Shown here: one piece after another, positions 12,325-23,121 of the stretch | Numbering within the stretch: position 1 is the first letter of the stretch | Layout: every line of letters begins with the position of its first letter | NCBI RefSeq assembly: GCF_024521635.1 | Contig: NW_026250411.1 | Location: 558,001 to 622,000 of the forward strand | Direction: 5' to 3' | Origin: Tricharina praecox | Lineage: Eukaryota | Length of the DNA: 64,000 nucleotides | The notes under the pieces: model-generated | Told to the model about the DNA's origin: nothing | Seen by the model: the letters and a program-made list of their open reading frames with translations, nothing else | Database searches by the model: none | Made by a program: the position numbers and the translations under genes

Positions 12325-14642
12325 ATGAGTTCGAAGAAAAACAAAGCGACTGGAGGGTCTAAGAGGAGAGAAGATGAGCAGAGGGAGAACATCCTACAGG
12401 CTGTGGTGGGTTCCTTCGTTTCAGGGATTGGTGGCTGCGGTGAAGGTCTGACTAACCCAATCACCAACGAAAGGTCCTCACAGACTCCTACCAGACGAGA
12501 TTCCGACCGCTCACGCTCGAAACCCCAAGGGTACGTTTCGGAACTATCCCCTCTTGCGCCCAGCGATTGTGATCAATCTCTAAATGTTGTCGTAGTGTCT
12601 CCTCCCACTTGCGAACATTCCCGTGATCGACTACACCCTCGAGTTCCTATCGCTTGCCGGAATTGAGGATGTCTTCATCTTCGCGTCCACCCACGCCGAG
12701 AAGATCGAGCAGCACATCCGCGATTCGAAATGGAGCTTGGCGTCATCGCCGTTCAAGAAGTGTCAGATCGTGATGTCGCCGTCCAGCATGTCCGTCGGCG
12801 ACGCCATGCGCGAGCTCGACGGTAAAGGGATGATCACGACAGATTTCCTGCTGGTCAACGGTGACTTTGTTAGCAATCTGCCGCTGGAGGATGTTTTGAA
12901 GGCGCACCGCGACAGGAGGACAAAGGACAAGAACGCCATCATGACCATGATCTTACGGGAAGCCGAGTTTGAGCATCGCGCGAAAGCGAGAGGTGAATCG
13001 GGCGCATTTGTGATCGATGAAGCTTCGGGACGATGTGTTCACTACGAGGAGATGCGACATAGCGGCGATAGGACGGTGCTGCTTCCCCCAGATCTAATAA
13101 AACACCATCCGCAGCTCCGAATCCGCACCGATCTTATTGACTGTCAAGTCGATATCTGCTCGCCTGATGTCCCCGCGCTCTTTACAGAGAACTTCGACTA
13201 CCAGCATATCCGCCGCCACTTCTTGCATGGGATCTTGACGGATTACGAGCTGTATGGAAAGATTATCCACACTCATATCGTCACTGGAAGCTACGCCGCC
13301 AGAGTGAGGAGCTTGCAGACTTACGATGCTGTGAGCCGGGATATCATTGGTCGCTGGACCTACCCTATGGTGCCGGACAGTAACTTGGCACCAAACCAGA
13401 ACTACACCCATGAGCGCGGAAACATCTACAAAGAGGATGACATAATTCTCGCCCGGAGCTGCACCGTGAATCGCAACACGATTCTTGGTCGGGGAACAAG
13501 CATAGGCGAACGCTCGGTCATCGGCAATTGTATTATCGGCGCCGGAGTCGAGATCGGAAAGGATGTTTTATTGGAGGGGGTATATATTTGGGATGGTGTG
13601 GTGATCGGAGATGGCTGTCAGATCCAGAAATCCATAATCGCCAATGACGCGGTGCTGGGAAAGAACGTTGTTGTTGCGGAAGGCTCGGTCATCTCCTACG
13701 GTGTCAAGATCGCCGACGGAATACAGGTCAAGCCTTTCTCGCGCATTACTGCCCACAGCAAACGGAAGAACAGAGGCGAACACGCGGACGACGAGGCGGC
13801 TTCGGGGAGTGAATACGCAAACTCTGAGTCCGAGTCGGAAGATGAGCAGAACTCTGCTATGCAAGACAGTCTGGGTCAGTCATATGGTCTCACCGGTTCA
13901 TTCCATGTCACTGACAGATCTAGTATATTCCACTCACCACCTCAACCTTTCGGACTCGTCGATCTCCACCGTCCCTGGCGACGACTCGGACTCGTACTCG
14001 GACGAGTCTTCGCCAGCTGGCGGTTTGATCGCACGAACTGGGAAGGCCGGCCGATCAGACTCCACCACCTCATTTGAATCCGTTGATGAAGCCTGGCACC
14101 GCGAGGCTTCCACGTCGCTCTTCAACGCAATGGAGAACGACCAGCCGGCGGAAGTGGCCAATCTCGAGTTAAACGGCCTTCGTATGACGGCAAATGCCAA
14201 CTTCTCTCAAGTCCGGCGCGCCGTTACCGCTGCCCTCGTTAACCGTATCGAGCAGGTTGTTGCGAAGGAATCAATCTCTAATGGAGCCGCAGCATCGAAG
14301 GTGCTGCAGCGATGGGAGAGCACCATCAAGCGCTGCGTCTTCGACCGTAAGGACCAGGCAGAGTTCCTCCTGTTATGCCAGCGCGAGTGCTGCAGCCGTA
14401 AAGCTGGAGAGAGCATCCTCCTCGGTATCGTCCAATGCCTAAACAACACCATGGAGGTTGTAGATGAGGAGGCGGTCAATGACTGGTGGCTCGACGAGAG
14501 AAGCAGTAAAGAAGAGAGGATGGCAGCCGTTAGGAAACCGACCGAGGCGTTCGTCAACTGGCTCGCCGAAGCCGAGAGTGAAAGTGAGAGCGAGGAGGGG
14601 GATGATGAAGCGACCGACGACGAGGATGATGATGAGGAATAG
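12325..14642 (+). CDS. GCD6: eIF2B epsilon subunit, multi-exon
   Basis: LQAVV|LTDSYQTRFRPLTLETPR|CLLPLANIP, LFTENFDYQ, hexapeptide-repeat region, and a C-terminal W2 domain (WW..FVNWLAEAESESE). Confidence 0.94.
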
Positions 14643-14810
14643 TACAGTTAGAGCTAGCTACTTAGTTTCATCTGGTTATCTGGTTATCTGGGTTTATTTT
14701 TGCGCGGAGTTGAGATGGGGATTTGGTTTGTTTTGGGCATAGATGATTGAGGTATTGAGGTATATAGAAAAAGGAACTAGACAAAAATTGGGTCTCTAAC
14801 CTTATTCACA

Positions 14811-14883
14811 GCCTCGCTAGCTCAATCGGTAGAGCGTAAGACTCTTAATCTTAAGGCTGCGGGTTCGACCCCCGCGTGGGGCT
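14811..14883 (+). tRNA. tRNA-Lys(CTT), no intron
   Basis: Cloverleaf with acceptor GCCTCGC/GTGGGGC, D-arm TAGCTCAATCGGTAGAGC, anticodon arm TAAGA-CTCTTAA-TCTTA and T-arm GCGGG-TTCGACC-CCCGC. Confidence 0.96.
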
Positions 14884-14899
14884 GCGTATTCATTTTGTG

Positions 14900-14909
14900 T
14901 TTTTTTTTT
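14900..14909 (+). terminator. Pol III oligo-T terminator of tRNA-Lys
   Basis: T10 run 16 nt downstream of the tRNA. Confidence 0.75.
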
Positions 14910-15359
14910 GTTCGCCATATAGGCTTCTCAGAACTGATTTGATTGCTGGGGTTGCATGGAGGGATGATTCCATGGGGTGTGTATATACTGGAGGAGTCAT
15001 CTGCCCCCATGTACTAATATTTGTTATCGGGTTGCCTGAGCACGTACAACGACAGCGCAGGTGGACAAACTTACAGATAACTTTGAAAACCGGCGGGTGT
15101 CTGCACACCAATCTACTCAGCCAGGAGCCTGCCACTCCCTGGGATTTATGGTGAGCTTTGGCAAAGGGAGAACTCTACTCCGTGTAGGTAGTATCGTATT
15201 ATCTCACATGAGAGGTATGGGTATAAATGGCAGTATTATAGGTGCAAAGCGCGCACTAGCGTAGACCAGGGCGCTTAGGGACTAGCTCAATATCAAAACG
15301 CGCCTATGTGCTAGGAGAGAATTCTCAGGCTGTCCACAGAATCGATATGTACAAATCTA

Positions 15360-15830
15360 ACTAAAACTCGTCTGCTCGCCAAAGAAATCATACTCAACAC
15401 CATCATCCTCATCCTCATCCTCACTATCGCTTTCAGTGTCGGTAATTTGCGGGAAAGAAGTTACATGGCTACGCTGAGGTTTCCCTACCAGCCTGGCACT
15501 TCTCCGGGCTCCTACTGCTGGAAGGGCAGCTGGAGTTCAGGTTTGTGGTGCGGCTGGTGGTGCGGCTCAGCATCAGCGTGCAGCCGGTGCAGGTGAAGGA
15601 GTGGCCGGTGCAGGTGGAGGAGCGGCCGGTGCTGCTGTTGGAGCGATCGGTGATGCTGTTGCAGCGACCGGTGATGCTGTTGGAGCGATCGGCGCTGCTG
15701 CTGGTGGTGCGGCCGGTGGTGCGGCTAGGTATTGGGTCCAAAGTGAGTCGACTGTTCGACTTCGTTTGGCTCTGGAAGGAGTGCGGTTGGAGGGGGAGCC
15801 CAACGTGAAGCGACTGCGATGAGCTGTTTC
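15360..15830 (-). pseudogene. Degenerate Pro/Ala-rich low-complexity reading frame with an acidic tail
   Basis: AAPPAAPPAAAPIAPTASPVAATASPIAPT run interrupted by stops. A separate frame gives TDTESDSEDEDEDDGVEYDFFGEQ. Internal 21-bp tandem repeats at about 15627-15700. No recognisable domain. Confidence 0.3.
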
Positions 15831-16851
15831 CGGAACCCTGGTGGAGGTTTGACCTTAACTGGTGAACGCGTGAAAGGTGGCCTGGCCGGATCGGTAGATG
15901 GTTAGCTGTCAAGCTGTGAGAACAATGATGTGAGGGTTTCTACTGGCGGCGCTGAGTCCGATACTTGGTCGTTCATCATGGTCAACAGATGCATTGTTCT
16001 TCCGAGATGTAAGGAGGATAGTACTGTGTAGTTGACGATACTGGCAGCTACAGAGTCGTGTGTTCAGCTGTATGAAGATACCTGCCAGCCCCTGAAGGCT
16101 GAACACCTGACGTTGCATATTTGCTCGGCGCGCTAACCATAGACGCCCTATCTCGCGTTTACATGCACTAGTGCTTATAACAGGAGTTTTTATATCCATA
16201 CCTCTCTCATGTGAGATAATACGGTATCATACTGAGAGGCCTACGGATAGGAGTCAATTGAAATAAAACGGGATCAATCAATTCAAGAACAACTCTCACC
16301 AGGTCCGGCCAAAGTCTGGCCTTGAAACATGAAGTCCCGCTCGAGTCCCACAGTCTGCTGCCAGTCCCCCCATGCTCCCGGAAGTGGCTCCCACCCAAGT
16401 CCCACTATTGTCCGGGCTTCTCCGCGCATCCCAAGCCCTCCTTGTCCCTAGAATTTGGCTGCATGTACCTATTTAATTCATGGGATTGACGGTGTGAGAT
16501 CCGTATACATATTGAGATGTATCCACTTAATCGCCCAGACGAGTATCGGGTGTTTGTATGAGTATCAGCAGGTGCCGTATGTGATCATTCCTGATCTGTC
16601 CTCCAAATGTCACCGAGGTCTAGTTAGTGAGAAAATGTGATCCCAAGAACTGGGTACTGGGTAGAGCATCCCCTTCCGTATGCGGCATAACGATCGATTT
16701 ATATATGCTCAGAGATTCCTGGTTCCCGAGGGGTGAGCCCCTCCTCCAAAACCAGTTCGTCACAAGGCCCCATATTGCGCCTTCGCAAAGCACTCCACCA
16801 TTACCACCACACCATTCACATCCACATCCACCACTCCATCCACATCCACGA

Positions 16852-17705
16852 CAGACCCTCCAACAGTTCGAACTGGGAACAAACCGGGGGTGTTCCCGAA
16901 CCAACCAACTGTTGGGTAGTGAACTGAACCAACTGAACCAACTGCCAGGTTTTAAACTGGGAAAACTGCTTGTCCCATCAGTTCAGCTCGGCTTAAAAAT
17001 TTGGGCCAAACCCGTCGCCACCACCAATCCACCGGCCAACTGCCTACAACCCACCACCTATGTAGTTGCTACTATCAACCCAACGCCCAGTAGGACGCCG
17101 CCCGCCGGTTGACGAGCTCTAGGCCTAGGTATTGTTCATTGCCTGTCGAGAGGAATGTTCGAAACAGTCCCACTGCGTGCGACCGAATGGTGGCTGGGAA
17201 CCGCGTCAGATACATACGGAGTATTTCTAACCTCAGCCGGATGCATGGCGATTGATATTCTGTCTATTCCAGCGATTTCGGCTGAGTTTGAACGGCTGTT
17301 CCCCGAGTGCAAGATGATTCGTACTGATCATCGGCATTCGTTAAGTACCGAGAGTGTTGAAGCTCTAGAGAGTACCTATCAAGAAGTTCAATCGCCGTAC
17401 TCCCATGGGTACTTACTTAGGTAGCATCAGACTAGGTAGTAATTCAAAACCAGTACTGTACCCATTTTTATCGCTTTTCCCGTCAAAATAGGAACCTAGG
17501 TATCTGGCCCACTTTGGCTGCCCTGGCTGAACTGACAGTTTTCTGCCAGTTTTCCCGGGAACAACTGCCAGACTTATCCAAACCAACTGGGAACTGACAT
17601 GAAAGCCTCTGTTCCCAACTGAACCGGGAACAAAATCATCCAGAACTGAACTGTTTAAAACCAGTGTTCCCATTTCAACCAACTAACTGTTGGATGGAGG
17701 GGCTG
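16852..17705 (+). mobile_element. Internally deleted, non-autonomous hAT-superfamily DNA transposon (about 854 bp)
   Basis: Imperfect TIRs: left CAGACCCTCCAACAGTT, right (reverse complement) CAGCCCCTCCATCCAACAGTT. Dense subterminal AACTG/GGGAAC/GTTCCC motifs at both ends and an internal hATC fragment. No 8-bp TSD seen. Confidence 0.85.
17185..17375 (+). pseudogene. hAT transposase C-terminal dimerisation domain (hATC) remnant
   Basis: EWW...MAIDILSIPAISAEFERLF..CKMIRTDHRHSLSTESVEALE matches the hATC pattern WW..LSxPASSxxxERxFS...RxxL...EAL. Confidence 0.85.
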
Positions 17706-18565
17706 GTCGTTCCCACGCTCGTGGGCCCAGTGGTAAGGACACCTTGGGGGTTAGGTTGGGGGTGGACGACGTGGGGATGTTGGCTCCGATGCTTCGTTGC
17801 TCGACGGTGCCGATGAAAGGTATTCCGAGTATATTGGTGTACATACTCTAGGTTGTTGGAGGGTATCGTGGCTTCGGTGGAGGTGAGCTGAGCTGGGTTT
17901 TGTTGTGGTTGTGGCTGTGATTATGATGTGTGTGGATGGATGGATGGATGAGGACGAATGGAAAGTGCTGATGGCAGAGGACTTGAGGTTTTGGACTTTT
18001 CATTCACCCCGCTTCTCGGAACCTGATACTTGGTCCAATTGTCAACCCAAAGATATCACGCCCTTCCCGCACCATCACCACGATATTCATAGCAGCTCAC
18101 TCGATACCAAAGCATAATGCCGTACGAAACGCCCGAGGATGGTACCATCTGTCTGTCTGTAGCAGAACCCTTGAGAGCGAATAGGTCCTGACGGGTTTGC
18201 CGGATTTTGCGGAGAATACCTACTTAAATATGACACTCGACTACCCACAACCAGACCAGATCCGACACTGGAATTTCATAAGCCAATGTAGGTACGGGAG
18301 AACGAGGCTGCCGCATCAAGCTATATGCCAGCTACCTCGACTGTGAACAGGAATGGAGAAATTTCACGCCGCCATAGTCTAGGTACTCTAAGTAGATGGC
18401 TGAATGCGAGTATAATCAACCATGAGCCATTGTTTTGCAACACCCTCCACCCCCTCAGCCCAATCAAAAAGCAAGTATCCCCAAGAAACCGACAGCCCAA
18501 GTATTACTGCACTCTGCTCCTGTATATACCGTATATCACCAACCCTCCCGCATTGTGCCCCCTCA

Positions 18566-19103
18566 TCACTTCTTCCCCCCCTCCCCCTGTTCCTCCTCCT
18601 CCTCATCATCAAAAGTATTAACCCTCGCCGCCAGGAGCACCCACTCCTCAGCGGCCCTTACGACACCATAATCGTCCTGGGGAACCTGTTCGTGGCCCCA
18701 GACATCGATGCCATCGAACGTAGCAAGGACCTCGACCGCTTTCGTTTCCACACCTTCTCCATCCTCCCCCTCCTCGTCTGCAGTGGGGGTGATGACCTGG
18801 TCTGTTGGCGCGAGGACACACCCTACCAACCATGCATGATCAGCGAAGGAGGAAATGAGAGGGGGGAGGGGAGGGGTGGGGGAGGTACATACCGGTATAC
18901 CCCGCCGGCAGCAGCAGCTCTTTGGCGAGGAGCCGGCGGCCGCGGAAGTAGCTAGTTTTGTGCTGTGTGGTGGAGGAGGAGGAGCGAGTGGGCGACCAGT
19001 GTGCTGGCGTGGCGTTTGCGGGCCCAGTGTGGTGCAGGCGGCAGGGGAGCAGGTTGACTACCGCTTTTGGAGTGGTGATGGTGGGCGGGGTGAGGGATAG
19101 CAT
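18566..19103 (-). CDS. RNH203: Ribonuclease H2 subunit C, 1 intron
   Basis: VNLLPCRLHHTGPA, TSYFRGRRL, LPAGYTG and FDGIDVWGHEQVP..EEW are RNase_H2_suC motifs. Confidence 0.9.
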
Positions 19104-20000
19104 TTTTGTTGTGTTGTGGTGGTGGGCGGTGGTGATGGGAAGGTTGTGGTTGTGGTTGTGAGTGCGTGTAGGTACTGGTGGTGGTGGTGGTGGTGGTGAG
19201 GTGCTGCGTGAAGGGTGATGTCGCGGGAAGACGCGCTTGGAATGGACGCGTTGAATTGAGTGCTACATTACACGTGACAGGCGGGTGATCCTGCATGTCC
19301 GCGACAACGAGGTTCAATACGGCTTACCAGGGCTATTCGACATCACCCCGAGTAAGTGATTACTTAGAACGATCGAAGCTATAAGCAATGAACTATAGTA
19401 CAATACCCCGCAGACATCCTCCAGAGTAGCAGCCGTCACTTAGAGCAGTGATTGAGCAGGCAGGCGCCAACCATCGTGACATTGATTGGGATTTGAATCC
19501 GTGATTTACAATAAGGGATAGAACGAGCTTCGACACGGCGCACTGATTGCCTAGGTAAGTAGACCGAGTCCCCAATGGCGTCGCACTGGCGAAACTTTCA
19601 AATTGCCATCATCCATTCTTACTCGCCACAGCGCTTAGGAACCGCCAAGATTCCAAGCATGGGCATTGGGGAGAGAACATCAATTCATTTCGCATTCAGC
19701 CTTTCCAGACCTAAAGAAAAGTAACCTTTCCTGCACGCTCCAAGCATAAAGATGAAGGCTGGCGGCAATGGCCAGTCGAGTGAGTGATGATATATGATTG
19801 ATAACATACTAGACATTTCGAAACATGCCTTACCAACCACCAATTATAGGTCCTTACAGCTTCGGTCCAGCTGGTCTACATTCAAAAGACGGCTCATTAG
19901 AAGAGGGCAATTGCTAAGGGATGGAAAATGGCTGCTATCTGTCGCTCGATCATCAGTATTGGACCGGAGAGAGGCGGGAGAGAGAGTACTGACACACGAC

Positions 20001-21322
20001 CTACTTGAAGCTATTCTTCATTTCCCTGAGCTTTGCCATGGCGTCGACAGGATCCGTCTTTCCTGTCGCCTGCTGGATGCGGGGGTCGTCGACCATCATG
20101 AAAACATTGTGGTTCTGGATCACGTCAGCACCAGCTCGCCCCTGACCTGAACCTCGTATTTTTGGGCTTACCTTCTCGTCTCCGATTGTGAACTTCCCCT
20201 GGGTCTCCTTGTTGTGCTCGCAGAACTGCTGCAACTGTTGGATGTGCAGGGTGTCGAGCACACTCTTGCAGAACGAGACATTGCTCTTGGTGTACTCGTG
20301 GCCTAGGCGGTCGGTCAGCTCGGAGATCTATACGAAGGGGAGAGAGGGGAAATAATCGTACCTGGGTACACCTTGGTGTCGTCCGGAAGCTTGCCCAGAA
20401 CTCCGTTCAGAGCGTGGTGCATCTCCTCCGCTGTGCCCTCAAAGAACCTTCCACATCCTACCGTCGAGCGTATCAGCTCGAGTGAGGGGTTTTTCAATCA
20501 TCACCACCACCGGTCAAAGTGCACCGAGTACATACCCCCGATGAACAGCGTGTCACCAGTAAACACAACCTTCTCGTCCCCCTCCTGCATGAAGTAGCAG
20601 ATTGAGTCCTGGGTGTGGCACGGCGTGTGCAAAGCCTTGACCTTGATCGCTTCGCCGATGCCGAAGGATTCGCCGTGAGTGGGCGTCTCGGTTTTGGACT
20701 GGCATTTCTCGCCGCCGATGACTCTGATGCCGGGGTATTTCTCGAGGATCTGGTCGTTGCCGCCGGAGTGGTCCCAGTGGCTGCGTCCGGGTCAGCCGGG
20801 GCCCGGAATTACGAGCGCGGATCATCATCTCCACAGGCATGGAAGTGAGCGACATACTGGTGAGTATTGATGATCCCCTTGAAGTTGATGCTCTTATCCT
20901 GTGTCCTCTGTTCGAGCACCGGAAGAACCTCGGCTGGATGTGCCGGGTCAATGACGAAGGCGTCCTTGGTTTTGTCGTCAATCACCCTAGACTAATATCA
21001 GACCCGCCGAGATGTCCGTCCGGGGTTAGGGCCGCCCCACAGATAAGCGTAATTGTCGCTGGACCCAGTCCCTACGTGCAGTCAGTAATGACGATGCGAT
21101 GAGATGGGATGAGTGAGGACATACACATCGGGATGCTTTCAATCTTCATGGTGCGAAAGGTTTGGAGGCGCTGTGCGGTGCAATTGTACATTCCGTGGTC
21201 AGTCCTCGGTTAATATCACGAACAACAATATGACCGTACACAGACGTGCACAAACACACCTTCAATGTAAATCTCAGGGATTGGCGTGGTAGTTGTGTTC
21301 TCGACAGAATAGCAAGGGCCAT
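20001..21322 (-). CDS. GLO2: Hydroxyacylglutathione hydrolase (glyoxalase II), many small exons. Cytosolic start at 21149; mitochondrial-presequence start at 21322
   Basis: [19 protein letters not shown], [44 protein letters not shown] and TIGDEK. Ends [12 protein letters not shown]. Confidence 0.92.
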
Positions 21323-22178
21323 CGAAGTACACTTCAGCTTGATTCGTTTCAAGGGCTGGCTCTGCCTGGCGTTGGTGGAAGGTTCGTTCTATGGAGGAAG
21401 GTGTCTGCGTTTGGGTTTCCGGAGGCGTTGTCCGGTGACGTTGAAGAATGCGGGGTGGTGGCATGGAGTGCCGAAACGTGTAACCGTGGATATGAGGGAA
21501 CGCCGGCATTCGGTACTTGTAGTCATGACAATATCCAGAGCATCGGCCCGTTAACCCAGATGCATCCAATTCACCCAGAGAAGGGAAGCTCTTCCGCTCA
21601 CTCCACTCTACATATATTAAGGTATCTACTATACTTGACGACGGTCTGGCTACTCTACTGTACATACCTAGAAGAACTCTGCAATGATGCAAGAATATCG
21701 GCATGTACTGTATACCACCCCGCGTTGGTGCCTGGAGTTAGGTATATACGCTACTTACCAAGAGTGCCTCCGAATCTTGATACCTAGAGACGGCTGAGTT
21801 GTGTTACGCGTCCCTCCCCGCGCCGCCTGCAACCTCGATTCGCTGAGGTAGCAGGAGCTGAGGCACGACGACACAGGTGCAGATTTTCCTGTTGTACGGA
21901 ATGTCTTGAGTCGGCAGCGTCGTCTCGGAGGCCAATGGGAACACGTTTCATGCACAGCCCGGCTGAGATCTGTTACCACTGGCAATTGCTGCACACGCCC
22001 GACCAAAATAGCAGCGACCTACGTGCAGCGGCTGAAGACGGGGTCTGGAGTTTTGTCGTTCAAACCGCCCGTGGTCCCTTCCTTCGTCTCTCCGAACGGC
22101 GGTGCGCTGCTTTGGTTGCCTGATCAACGGCGGGATTTTTGTGGGTGGCCATTCGGAAATAGCTTGTCCGTCAGCCAG

Positions 22179-22229
22179 AAGCCCAAAAGCCCAAAGCCCA
22201 AAGCCCAAAGCCCAAAGCCCAAAGCCCAA
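22179..22229. repeat. Heptanucleotide microsatellite (AAGCCCA)n, about 7 copies
   Basis: Direct reading of the sequence. Confidence 0.9.
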
Positions 22230-23121
22230 CGGATGGATCTGCGGAATGTGCAGCAGGCCGGTCCTGGTTTGGGAGGGGAGAGGGCGATGGTGCGGTTTGA
22301 GGTGAAAAGTCTTTTAAAGGGCTTCCAGCCCCCCTCCGACACCACAAGCCGTTCGTCTCAGCGTAACGATCAGTCCATTATTTTCTACGGCCGGTCCCCG
22401 GGGATACATACAAAGTACGATATCGACGATAGTTATATCTCAATCGAGGCGGCCGTTGTGGTATCAGTCAATCCGACCAGCCATCCAGCACGCCAGCCAG
22501 CATCGAACTCGCGGCCTTCCGTCCAGCTTCCGTCCAACATCCGCGCAGCATCCGGGCCATCCAAGTCCAACGCTCGAATTAGACACTCCGCCGCCGCCCC
22601 GGAAGAACCAGCACTAGAGTCTTCCTTGCAGCGTCACACGAGATCGTGTCGGAGGAAACAAGAAGTTTGAAGATACACAGCGAGAAACGAGGACGAAGAA
22701 GAAGAAGAAGAGACAGAAGAAGAAGGAATCAGGAACAACGGAAAGCGACCAAGCCTAAACAACGATACGGCGGTTCTAGATTTGCCATCGTCTTTGAATC
22801 CTGCCCACGATTGGACGTGTGGGCCTGGCTCCCGGGTCATCCTCTTCTCGCTAAGCCCTTTTGCGAGCCACGCAAGTCGAACCCAACGAACAGCCTCCCT
22901 CCCCCAGCCGCTTCTTGGCTGCTTCAGCTCGGCCGTCGAACCGGACTCGCATTCACCAGCCCCAATAGCTGCTCCCGGGCGCGTCTGTGTCGCATAAAGA
23001 CTCCCTGCCTCCCATCTTCTGTATCCCCATCGAACTCGCAACCTTTCTTCCTCCACCTGCACCACCTACACCACCCATACACCCATACCACCCATACCCT
23101 ACGAATCCCATACTCGACACC

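Noticed and set aside
15923..15960. Box C/D-like ATGATG...CTGA
   Set aside because: Box C is imperfect, there is no terminal stem or second box pair, and I recognise no rRNA-complementary guide.
16844..17713. Target-site duplication for the hAT element
   Set aside because: The flanking 8-mers differ at both candidate boundaries I tried.
22179..22229. Telomere-like repeat
   Set aside because: The unit AAAGCCC differs from fungal TAACCC. It is interstitial and short, so I treat it as a microsatellite.
21906..22670. 254-aa ORF upstream of the GPI protein
   Set aside because: Non-ATG start, runs through a microsatellite, and has no recognisable domain or coding-like composition.
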